Below, in pieces: positions 18,076 through 27,252 of a DNA stretch of 64,000 nt. Position 1 is the first letter of the stretch; each line of letters starts with the position of its first letter. Both the position numbers and the translations under genes were made by a program. The notes under the pieces were generated by a model. The model made no database searches. It was not told the origin of the DNA and worked only from the letters and a program-made list of their open reading frames with translations. Source of the stretch: Elusimicrobiota bacterium (GTDB taxonomy: Bacteria > Elusimicrobiota > Elusimicrobia > 2-02-FULL-39-32); assembly GCA_016180425.1 (NCBI GenBank), contig JACPBF010000002.1:48169-112168 (forward strand), written 5' to 3'.

Positions 18076-19226
18076 GGCATCACATCCACTTTTATATTGT
18101 CAATCAAGATTAAACCTTCTCCTCCTTTAGGAAAACTAACCGCAAACCCAATTAATTTGATATTTTTCATGTTAAGTTCTTTATCGTCTCCGCCCCACCA
18201 GTAGGTAAGCTCAGAAAAGGGAATGCGAATCTCCTGCCATTCATCTTTGCGGGCTAAAGGGAATTTTTTGCCAAACGTGGTATTTTCCTTATCCACTAAC
18301 TTAAATTCAAAATTGTTTTGTTCTCCGGTCCATTTAAGGGAAAAACTAAAAACAGATTTTGAGGTAATTTCAACAGGATAAGATTTTGTGAATTGGATCC
18401 ATTTGCCAGAGCCAAATTTATACTCGCTGCCAATCGCTTCTCTTTCTTTGCCGGGCATAAGAATCATTTTAGATACGGTCCCTTGATCCCCTTCAATTTT
18501 CCATCCTTCTAAAGAATCGCAGCTGTCTAGGACTCCTGCTTGAACCTTTTCCTGCTGCTTTTTCCAGGAGTCAACCAGTTTTAGATCATCTAGATAAATG
18601 GTTCCAGTTCCTCCCTCGCCAGCGCTAATCGCTAAACCAAATTGAGTGACTAGATCCAACTTAGAATTTCCGCCCCACCAGTAAGAAAAGTCGTCTAAGT
18701 CAATGGTGACTAGCTCCCATGTATCCTTAGGTTTAAGCGGAAACTTATAGCCATAATTTGTGCCGTCATCATCAATTAGTTTCACTTCCACGTTATTTAC
18801 AGCTCCGCGCGACTTTAAATAAAATTGGATCGCTTTTCCAGTAAGTTCTGCAATAGAAATATCCTTAATAATCGCGACCCACTGTTTAGTTTGAGCTAAA
18901 TCATAATCTAGCTGCAAAGCTCTGCCAATTTTTCCTAAGCCCACATCCAGATTTGTTTTAATAGTGGTCCCATCCGCATTGGAAGGCAGCCAGTCATTAG
19001 CTTCAAAACCATCTAAGACAGTCTCTTTAATGATTTTAGGCGTCTCTTTTACTACAGGCGCGCTCTGCATCTCTTTTTTAGGCAGAGTGGGTATAGATTG
19101 TATTTCATCTTTAGGCACGCTTACTTTTTTCTTTGGCATTGAATAGCTCATTGGTCTTGGGTCAACCGCGTAAGTTTGAGCTGCAAAAAAGAACAACCCC
19201 AAACCAATTATTAGTTTTGTTTTCAT
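18072..19226 (-). CDS. Secreted protein with two CBM11/CIA30-like carbohydrate-binding domains
   Basis: Signal peptide and two repeats each with EVKLID/EFKLVD...W..(I/V).I...YWWGG...I.(L/I)D. Confidence 0.7.
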   Translation of the reverse strand: MKTKLIIGLGLFFFAAQTYAVDPRPMSYSMPKKKVSVPKDEIQSIPTLPKKEMQSAPVVKETPKIIKETVLDGFEANDWLPSNADGTTIKTNLDVGLGKIGRALQLDYDLAQTKQWVAIIKDISIAELTGKAIQFYLKSRGAVNNVEVKLIDDDGTNYGYKFPLKPKDTWELVTIDLDDFSYWWGGNSKLDLVTQFGLAISAGEGGTGTIYLDDLKLVDSWKKQQEKVQAGVLDSCDSLEGWKIEGDQGTVSKMILMPGKEREAIGSEYKFGSGKWIQFTKSYPVEITSKSVFSFSLKWTGEQNNFEFKLVDKENTTFGKKFPLARKDEWQEIRIPFSELTYWWGGDDKELNMKNIKLIGFAVSFPKGGEGLILIDNIKVDVMP

Positions 19227-21412
19227 CTTACTACCTCCACGACTTTATTTTTTATTAACTCTAAGGGTAGCACAACCCCTGATCTTTCTTCCATAGTAAA
19301 TCTTTTTTTAAATTCCTTAATTTTTTGATCTTTAAATTTTAAGCTGACTGCGCCTTTCTTTTTAACGTCGTGATAATTAAATAAAAATAAAAATCCGCGG
19401 GAGTGCATTTTATCCCAACGCAGCGTTCCCTGCAAATCCCAAGGTTCAAATTTAAGAAAAGGAAACACTTTTAAGGTTTCCATCCATTCCCGAACCATTT
19501 GAACTTGATAGTCAAAAACATGATTTAAACCAAAACCATAAACTATGAAATTCCCAAGCCCGGCTTTTCCATAAAAAGCGCAAGGGAACCCGGTTTTAGT
19601 TTTAGCTAAAGAAAATTTATTTTCTATGTTAAAAGTATGGATTGGAAAATCCACAATCGCTTCTATTCCTTTCCAAACAATGGGCTGTTTTATTTTTTCC
19701 TCTTGAAAAGAGATCCCTAATTTTTCAGCTAAAATCACACAGGGTTTACCAGACAAATTAAGGTTAGGAACCCTAGGACCAAATAAGAGCTTGCCCCCAG
19801 ATTGCGCATAATCTGCCAACTTGTTTTGAGTTTCTTCATCCATAGAGTCTAGGGTAAAAACAGAGAGGCTTTCATTTTTAAGCAGCTCTTCTTTTGACTC
19901 TTTTAGAAGATCTAAGAATGAATAGTTATAATTTGCAAGCTGCAAAAGTCTGGCAAAACCATCAAAAAAGAAATTCGTTCTTTGAGACTCTAGAAGAAAT
20001 GCCCTTTGCCCAGAGAAATATTCAGTAGCGTAGTAAGGAACATAAAATCCAATGGCTGTATCATTGATTTTTTTAGTTTCAGCCAGTTGAGAGCCATATT
20101 TTTTGATAAGTTTCCCCCACTCTTTTAAAGGCGCAAAATGCTCTTTGGTTTTTATTCCATCTAAAGAGACAGGGGCTTGCCAATCATGGTAAGATCCAAA
20201 AGCTCCTAACCCAGGGAGATTTTCTCCGCTGGAAAACATGTAGCAATTAACTCCGTTTAAGCCATGCGCTGTGGATGTTTTAAGGTTTAAGTCAATATCC
20301 TGCGGATAAAGGCGTGGACGGTCGCGCAAAATCCCTGTTTGCAGTTCTGCGCAGATTGAAGGAGATTCTTTGTCTAACATCTTTGTCATTTCCGTGGTGA
20401 TCCCCACATCATGAAAATTCTCAAAATCCAGCCTCCTCATTTGATATGCCCCGCCAAACACTGTTTTAGGGACTTGCAGAGAAAAATCCCTAAACATGGA
20501 ACAAGTCATGGGGCTATAAACCCCTCTTCCGCGCACATCATAATCATAAAATTGAGGTATGTTGGCGGAAAAAGGAACTGAGAGAGAACTCTGAACAGCT
20601 TTTTCCTGCAATTTTTTGAAATAGGCAGCGTAATATCTTCTATAAAAAAGGGACCAGTCTAAAAAAATTTGCCAATGTTCTTGCAAAAAATCTTCTTGCG
20701 GCTGATGGATATCTTTAAATTCATTATAGTTTGAGGAATAGGCTGAATTTAACTTTTTTATATCTTGATATTCTTCTTTTAAAAAATCCTGATACATTTT
20801 GTTCACCGGAGCCGACTCATCATAGGCTTTATGCAGCCAGTGGATCATGCTAATTTCATTGCAGAGCTGAACCAATACAATTGGCCCATTTTTATGAATT
20901 TGGTTTTCTTGAACCAAAGGCAAAACCGCGTCATACCATTTCCCCACATATTCTAAAAATTTCGGATTTAAATAGGAAAGAAGCAGAGCATGAGGCAAAT
21001 TATTTACACTGCTTCTCTGCACATAGAGTTCTGGATGATCTTTTAATAGCCAGCCGGGAATCCCTTCATTCACTAATTCCGCGTTAGATACCGGGCCAAC
21101 CCTTGCGGAAAAATAAAGATCTGCTTTTTTAACCTCTTTTAAAAAAGCTATAAGATTTTTTTGCGGGTGCGATTTTCCTTCAAAATCAAATTTCCCCTGT
21201 TCCGATTCATGCCAATTCCAAGGGATGTAAGAGCTCACGCAATTTAAGCCTGCTGCTTTTGCTTTCCGAACATGATCTTTCCAATATTTTTGAGGGATTC
21301 TAAAATAATGAATCTCTCCTGAATAAAGATAAAAGGGTTTTTTATTTAAGATAAACTGCCCGTTTTCAACTTTCATCGTTGTAGGTTGCATGTCCTTTGT
21401 AGAACCTGTCAT
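19223..21412 (-). CDS. GH35 family enzyme (beta-galactosidase / exo-glucosaminidase / beta-1,2-glucosyltransferase-like)
   Basis: SGEIHYFR, YIPWNWHE, QLCNE, AELQTG, YDWQAP-like motif. Confidence 0.85.
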   Translation of the reverse strand: MTGSTKDMQPTTMKVENGQFILNKKPFYLYSGEIHYFRIPQKYWKDHVRKAKAAGLNCVSSYIPWNWHESEQGKFDFEGKSHPQKNLIAFLKEVKKADLYFSARVGPVSNAELVNEGIPGWLLKDHPELYVQRSSVNNLPHALLLSYLNPKFLEYVGKWYDAVLPLVQENQIHKNGPIVLVQLCNEISMIHWLHKAYDESAPVNKMYQDFLKEEYQDIKKLNSAYSSNYNEFKDIHQPQEDFLQEHWQIFLDWSLFYRRYYAAYFKKLQEKAVQSSLSVPFSANIPQFYDYDVRGRGVYSPMTCSMFRDFSLQVPKTVFGGAYQMRRLDFENFHDVGITTEMTKMLDKESPSICAELQTGILRDRPRLYPQDIDLNLKTSTAHGLNGVNCYMFSSGENLPGLGAFGSYHDWQAPVSLDGIKTKEHFAPLKEWGKLIKKYGSQLAETKKINDTAIGFYVPYYATEYFSGQRAFLLESQRTNFFFDGFARLLQLANYNYSFLDLLKESKEELLKNESLSVFTLDSMDEETQNKLADYAQSGGKLLFGPRVPNLNLSGKPCVILAEKLGISFQEEKIKQPIVWKGIEAIVDFPIHTFNIENKFSLAKTKTGFPCAFYGKAGLGNFIVYGFGLNHVFDYQVQMVREWMETLKVFPFLKFEPWDLQGTLRWDKMHSRGFLFLFNYHDVKKKGAVSLKFKDQKIKEFKKRFTMEERSGVVLPLELIKNKVVEVVR

Positions 21413-21438
21413 CCTTATTGTTTAAAAATTAAAGAGAA

Positions 21439-22308
21439 CTACTCTTTTAAGCCGGTAGTGGCGATTCCGCGAATCACATATTTTTGAGCAAAAACAAAAA
21501 TAAGGATAATCGGCATCACTACCACCACTGCTCCTGCCATTAGAAGTCCAAACTTTGTCGCAAACTGACCGCTTAAATTCGCTAAAGCAACAGGCAAGGT
21601 GTATCGTTCTTCGCCAATCATTACAATTAAAGGCCAAAGAAAATCATTCCAAGAGCCCATAAAAGTGAAAATTCCTAATGTAGCCAGCACAGGCTTACAA
21701 AGAGGAAGGATCACGTTCCAATAAATTCTAAATTCTGAGCAGCCGTCAATCCGGGCAGCTTCAATCAAATCGTCAGGAATGGTCATCATGAATTGACGCA
21801 CTAAAAATATCCCAAAAATTCCTACAGATGCGGGAAGGATCAGCCCCCAGTAACTATTTAAAAGCCCTAATTGTTTTAAAAAAAGAAAAACCGGAATCAT
21901 GGTAATTTGTCCTGGGACCATGAGAGTTGCCATAAGCAGAGTAAAAATCTTGTCTCTTCCTAAAAACCTTAATTTTGCAAAAGCATAACCCGCTAAACTG
22001 CAAAAGAAAAGATTAAAAAAAGTGGTTGTAATGGAAACAATCAGGCTGTTTTTAAAATGAAGAAGAAAATCCACATCTTTAAAAAGTTGTTTGTACCACT
22101 CTAAGGTTGGGTGGTCTGGAAACCATTTTGGAGGATAGGAAAATATGCCTCCTCCGGATTTAAAAGAGGTGGAGACCATCCAAACAAAAGGAGCGATAGT
22201 GAATAGAAGCCCTAAAAACAGAGCCAAGTGGAGCCAAAATTTTTCTATGGCCTTGATTGTTTTATATTTCTGAACGCTGGTCCAATTTGCCATTTTAATT
22301 AACTTCAA
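21439..22308 (-). CDS. Carbohydrate ABC permease (MalG-like)
   Basis: EAARIDG loop, WNDFLWP, six TM segments. Confidence 0.93.
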   Translation of the reverse strand: MKLIKMANWTSVQKYKTIKAIEKFWLHLALFLGLLFTIAPFVWMVSTSFKSGGGIFSYPPKWFPDHPTLEWYKQLFKDVDFLLHFKNSLIVSITTTFFNLFFCSLAGYAFAKLRFLGRDKIFTLLMATLMVPGQITMIPVFLFLKQLGLLNSYWGLILPASVGIFGIFLVRQFMMTIPDDLIEAARIDGCSEFRIYWNVILPLCKPVLATLGIFTFMGSWNDFLWPLIVMIGEERYTLPVALANLSGQFATKFGLLMAGAVVVVMPIILIFVFAQKYVIRGIATTGLKE

Positions 22309-24625
22309 ACCCGCTTTTTCTTAAACGCATCTGTATAAAAGTAAATATGAAAATAATGCCAAAAAGTATATAAGCTAAACTAGAGGCATAGCCTAATTCA
22401 AAAAATTTAAAGCCTTGGTTATACATGTAAAGCACAATGGACATGGTGGAGTTTAAAGGGCCGCCTTTTGTCATCACATAAGGCTCAGCAAAAAATTGCA
22501 AATAACCAATGGTGCTCATTATCACAACAAAAACCATAATGCTTCTTAAACCCGGCAAGGTGACATGCAAAAAAAGCTGCCAGGCATTGGCGCCGTCTAT
22601 TCTAGCGGATTCATACAGGGTTTCTGGAATGCTCTGTAATCCTGCTAGAAATATGATCATGTTATATCCAAAATTTTTCCAAGCAGCCATTAAAATTAAG
22701 GAAGCTAAAGCGGTCCGCGGATCCGCCAGCCAGTTGAATTCAGGCAAAGACATGCTTTTTAATATGTAATTAAGCAGCCCAAATTCTGGATTGTAGAGCC
22801 AGCGCCAAATCACAGCTACTGCCACAATCGTAGAAACCACAGGCACGAAATAAGCGGTTCTAAAAAATGTTTTAAGTTTTACGAATTTTTCGTTTAAGAC
22901 AGTGGCGCAGAGCAAAGAGATCATTACTGTAAAAGGAACCCCAACGCCGGTAAAAAAAAGAGTGTTCCACAAAGATTTCCAGAAGATCGCGTCCTGAAAA
23001 ACTTTTTTATAATTTCTTAAACCAATGAATCCAACGCTGGAGCGGTCCGCCAAACCATAGATATTCCAGTCCGTTAAACTAATGAAAAAAGAGGCAAGGA
23101 TAGGGACAAAAAGAAAAAGAACTAAGATGGTAACGCTGGGCGCAATAAAACAATATCCAGAGAAGGATCGTATTAAATTAAGGGAAAATGTTTTTTTAGA
23201 TTCTAATCTGGGGATTTTGCGAGATTCTATGAATCTGCTTTTAATAAAAAATTTATATTTCCAGAAGATAAAAAATGCAAGGATGCCAAAGAGCGTAAGA
23301 ACAAAAAATGTTAAAGATTTTTTAATTCCACCTTTGCTAGATTTAGATTTAGAAAGAATGACCTCAATCTCTTTTTCCAAAGAACTTAGACTGTTTGAAA
23401 CATTTCCATCCAAAATAGTTTGCCCTAAAATCATCGCTTCTGTTCTGGTTTCTAAAGTATCAGCGATCTGCTCCCATTCAGGAAGTTGAGGAGGGCTTTG
23501 AGTGTCTTGCATCTGCTTTCCAAAAATCCTTAACATGGGGTGATCTCTTAGTAAAGGATCTTCCCATGCAAGTTTTACCGCAGGCAGGCTTTTCATGATG
23601 CGGTGCCATTCTATTTGAATGTCGGGTCTAGATAAAAATTCTACGAATTTCCAGGCTAACTCTTTCTTTTTTGAATCTTTAAATACCACTAAATTGCAGC
23701 CGCCAACAAAAGAAGTTCTTTTCTTTTTACCAGGCAACACCGCAACTCCCCATTTTCCATCTAACTCTGGCAGCTCTTTATGCACCAAGTCCACCATCCA
23801 AGGTCCTGAAATAAACATGGGATAAAAACCTGTGCGAAAAGCTTGAAAAATATCCATATCCGCAGCCCTGCCATGAGGGGTGAGATTTTCTTTAAAAAAA
23901 CTCATGTAGTATTCTAGCGCTTCTTTAAATTCTGGTTGTGTAGGATGGAATACATCTCCTCCATTTTGCCAGACAAAGGGAAGAAAAACTCCCCAGCCGC
24001 GCACAGGCAAGGCGATGCCGTAACGATCTATTTTTTTATCCCCGTCTAAATCTTTAGTTAAAGCTCTTGAGGCTGCTTTAAATTCTTCCCAAGTTTTTGG
24101 CGCATCTAAAAACCCCGCTTCTTTTAAAAGATCTTTTCTATAAAAAAGAACGCGTGTATCTACATACCAGGGCACGCCAACCACTTTTTTACCAACCACA
24201 TTGGTATTCCAAGAACCTTCAAAAAAATTCTCCTTCTGAATGATTTTAGATTTCTGAATATAAGATTCCAGCGGTTCAAACGCATTGAGAGTGGCGAATT
24301 CCGCCATCCAAGTAGTGCCCATTTGCGATACATCCGGAGGCAAACCTCCCACAACAGAGGTCAATAGTTTTTCATGCGCAGCATCCCAGGGAATTGCCTG
24401 AGTTTTGATCTCAACTCCTGGATTTTCCTGTTCAAATTTCCGAGCCATGATAGAAATTCTTAAACCCTCTTCTCCCATGGCCCAAACCGTAAGGGCTTTA
24501 GGGTTAGAAGAAATTAAACGAAGATTGGGTTTAGAAAAAAGCGCAGAGGGGCTAAAGGAAAGGAATAGGCAAAAAATTAGAAATGGTCTAAGATGTTTTA
24601 AAAAACTTTGTAAGGTTTTACCCAT
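22295..24625 (-). CDS. Fused sugar solute-binding protein + MalF-like permease
   Basis: SBP family 1 (PPDVSQMGTTW, VPWYVDTR, GPWM) continues in frame into a permease (ESARIDGA, GYASSLAY). Confidence 0.9.
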   Translation of the reverse strand: MGKTLQSFLKHLRPFLIFCLFLSFSPSALFSKPNLRLISSNPKALTVWAMGEEGLRISIMARKFEQENPGVEIKTQAIPWDAAHEKLLTSVVGGLPPDVSQMGTTWMAEFATLNAFEPLESYIQKSKIIQKENFFEGSWNTNVVGKKVVGVPWYVDTRVLFYRKDLLKEAGFLDAPKTWEEFKAASRALTKDLDGDKKIDRYGIALPVRGWGVFLPFVWQNGGDVFHPTQPEFKEALEYYMSFFKENLTPHGRAADMDIFQAFRTGFYPMFISGPWMVDLVHKELPELDGKWGVAVLPGKKKRTSFVGGCNLVVFKDSKKKELAWKFVEFLSRPDIQIEWHRIMKSLPAVKLAWEDPLLRDHPMLRIFGKQMQDTQSPPQLPEWEQIADTLETRTEAMILGQTILDGNVSNSLSSLEKEIEVILSKSKSSKGGIKKSLTFFVLTLFGILAFFIFWKYKFFIKSRFIESRKIPRLESKKTFSLNLIRSFSGYCFIAPSVTILVLFLFVPILASFFISLTDWNIYGLADRSSVGFIGLRNYKKVFQDAIFWKSLWNTLFFTGVGVPFTVMISLLCATVLNEKFVKLKTFFRTAYFVPVVSTIVAVAVIWRWLYNPEFGLLNYILKSMSLPEFNWLADPRTALASLILMAAWKNFGYNMIIFLAGLQSIPETLYESARIDGANAWQLFLHVTLPGLRSIMVFVVIMSTIGYLQFFAEPYVMTKGGPLNSTMSIVLYMYNQGFKFFELGYASSLAYILFGIIFIFTFIQMRLRKSGFEVN

Positions 24626-27240
24626 TAGAAATTAAATTCTATGCTTCCACGAACAAAATTGTCATCATAAGGAAATCCCTTGGGCTCAAAATCTGTGCTG
24701 CCAAAATGTGCAGTTCTAAATTCTCCTAAAACTTTTAAGTTGGTCATTGGAAAATATTCCAGCTTGCCATAAAGCGCTTCAGTCACAAAAGTTTTCCCGC
24801 TTCCAGGATGTTCAATATCCTCTCTTTTTGGTTTAATAAAAAATGCGAGTTTTGGATTTATTTGTGTTCTTATGTAAAGCTCACTGACAATAACTTTTTC
24901 GTTTTTGTTATAAGCAACGGAAGTCCTGTTGCTGGTATAAACATATTCTTCCCTGCGAATTTCTTGGCTGAAAGCAATGTCCATTTTGTCAAAACCATAA
25001 TAGCCAATTCCATAGTTTACGCGATTCCTAAAATAAGAATCGTTTACATTGCGTTTAATTGTATCATATTCAAGCGACCCTACCAAACCTCTCCAGGATT
25101 CAACTGCCCTTATATTATGCCCTTTTTGATCACTTTCTGAATCATCAAAAGAGATTGGGCTTTGACGGTAGCGAGGCTTAAAGTTTGTATCCACAGAACG
25201 AATTTCATAATTAATTTTAAGACCCGGAATGTAAATGGAATTTAGAGCAACGCGCCCTCTTCCCATAAAACCATCCACTTGTAATATGGGGTCTAAAAGG
25301 TTGCCAAAAACAGGATCAAAAGGGTTAGTTCTATCCACTTGCGCTCTTTGCGTATAACGATTGTATCCAAAAGTGCCGCCAAAAGTTATTTTGTCATCCC
25401 AAAAAGCCCGATCTAAATCTAATGTATAAACCCAGTCGTTTTGAACTTCCTGTAATTGAAGATCTTTAGATTTCTGTAATGTCCCATCTTTTAAAACGCT
25501 TGCGTCATTAATTTTAGCGGTTTCTCTATAATAAACAGTAATGCCGGAAAATCTAAATCCCTCCCAATAAAATTTTGCTCTGGAACCAATGGTAAAGGAA
25601 TCAAATTTGTGTTTTAAAATAAAAGCATGATAATTAATTCTATTTAGATCCCCCTCTACGCTTAATCCTTTAAATCCAAATACCGGCGAAAAAGTAAAAG
25701 GAGAATAATCAACAAAAAGATTACCTACAGTCATCTGGGTAAGATAAGGTGAAATATTATTGGCAAAACCCTGAAGATTGACCTGCATTTCTCTTGAAGA
25801 TTGAGTCACAGCAGTGCTGCCTGAAGCTGTGGACTCCGCAATACTATACCGAGCTGCTTCGCCAAATTCTTGAGATTCCGCGGCAATTTCAAATTTCGCG
25901 CTATAGTTGCCTACCTTGCCATTAGCGATCAGTTTTCCAAAATGGTTCACTGTGCTTTTTTGTTCAGGAGCATTTAAAAACTCTGTAAAAAGTTGTCCAT
26001 TAAATTCTATGTTGCCAATCCTTAATATTCGAATTTTCTCTTTTTCCACAATTTTTGGAGGCTGGGCCCAGGCCTGAGCAATCGCTTCCCCAGTAACATA
26101 AAGATAGTCAACCTGAATTTTGCCTGCGGAAGTTTTTACGCCCGGCGAAGACTTTGAACCGCCCACGCTTATGATCGTAATTTCATAGCCCCTAATTTGA
26201 TCTAAATCCAAAGCCTGATTTTTTTGTGTCCATTTTTCTTCTTGCGTAAATTTTTTTATTGGCATTTCCATTAGATCCCACTGGCTTAGTTTTAAGATTT
26301 CCGAATCATCATAATTCCATCGTTCTCCATCCGCATCTATTAAGGAAAAGCGCAAGATATTCCCAGAGCCGTCTCCCTTCACCCACATTTTAATCGCATC
26401 AGCCCCTCGCCAATCTAAAGTCACCTCTTTTGCCTGCCACCTGGCGCTGACCCAGGATCCCCATCCCCTGGCAGTAGAAAGCGTGTAATCTAGGTCCATG
26501 GCAAAATCCCCTTCTTTTACTATTCTGGACGCGTTTAATTCTAAAGAGGATTCATCCCCAGTATAAACCAGATAAACATCCGTAGGGTTAGATCGTTCAA
26601 AACTATCCACCAGGACTTTATTGACCTGCACCATGCTGCCTAACCCAATCCCTTCTTCAGAAGAGTCTGGAACCTCAAACTGAAAATCATCCAAAACAAT
26701 AGTTCCTTCTCCAGACTGTTCATTAAAACCAAGATTTAAATTATCCATAGAGGTAAGATCCACCCCTTCAAATTCTTTTAAAGGTATTTTTACTTTTCTC
26801 CATTCTGTGCTCACATCAACAAAACGACTGATCAAGAGTTTCTTTTCCGCATTCGCTTTATTTTTAATCCCAATTTCAAAATCCTCTCCCCCTTTTTCAC
26901 CCTTAATATAAAAGGTAAGCCAAGTGTAGTCCTCTAAATTGATTCCTTTTAAAGAGAGTCCCCATCCTGCCCATCCTTCTTTCACCACATCATAATGAAG
27001 ATTAACTACATTATGTCTTACCTCATCCGCTTCATTAATGGAAACTTGCAGCAATGTGCCTTTTTCATCCTTAAAAGAAAAAGCGCTTCCGCGCACATCA
27101 TCGAAATTTTCCACACTTTCTGCTCTTGCATAAAGAAAACCATTTGAAATCCCTAAAATGAGAAAAAGAGTAAAAAAAGTAAGAAAAAAGTTTGTCGTCG
27201 CTCGTTGCCTCCAATGTCCTATGTTCAATATTGTTTTCAT
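24625..27240 (-). CDS. Outer-membrane beta-barrel protein with two N-terminal CBM11/CIA30-like domains
   Basis: Signal peptide, two CBM-like repeats (FYIKGEKGGE, MWVKGDGSGN), alternating beta-strand C-terminal half, terminal ...GSIEFNF. Confidence 0.65.
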   Translation of the reverse strand: MKTILNIGHWRQRATTNFFLTFFTLFLILGISNGFLYARAESVENFDDVRGSAFSFKDEKGTLLQVSINEADEVRHNVVNLHYDVVKEGWAGWGLSLKGINLEDYTWLTFYIKGEKGGEDFEIGIKNKANAEKKLLISRFVDVSTEWRKVKIPLKEFEGVDLTSMDNLNLGFNEQSGEGTIVLDDFQFEVPDSSEEGIGLGSMVQVNKVLVDSFERSNPTDVYLVYTGDESSLELNASRIVKEGDFAMDLDYTLSTARGWGSWVSARWQAKEVTLDWRGADAIKMWVKGDGSGNILRFSLIDADGERWNYDDSEILKLSQWDLMEMPIKKFTQEEKWTQKNQALDLDQIRGYEITIISVGGSKSSPGVKTSAGKIQVDYLYVTGEAIAQAWAQPPKIVEKEKIRILRIGNIEFNGQLFTEFLNAPEQKSTVNHFGKLIANGKVGNYSAKFEIAAESQEFGEAARYSIAESTASGSTAVTQSSREMQVNLQGFANNISPYLTQMTVGNLFVDYSPFTFSPVFGFKGLSVEGDLNRINYHAFILKHKFDSFTIGSRAKFYWEGFRFSGITVYYRETAKINDASVLKDGTLQKSKDLQLQEVQNDWVYTLDLDRAFWDDKITFGGTFGYNRYTQRAQVDRTNPFDPVFGNLLDPILQVDGFMGRGRVALNSIYIPGLKINYEIRSVDTNFKPRYRQSPISFDDSESDQKGHNIRAVESWRGLVGSLEYDTIKRNVNDSYFRNRVNYGIGYYGFDKMDIAFSQEIRREEYVYTSNRTSVAYNKNEKVIVSELYIRTQINPKLAFFIKPKREDIEHPGSGKTFVTEALYGKLEYFPMTNLKVLGEFRTAHFGSTDFEPKGFPYDDNFVRGSIEFNF

Positions 27241-27252
27241 TTTAAAGCCCTT

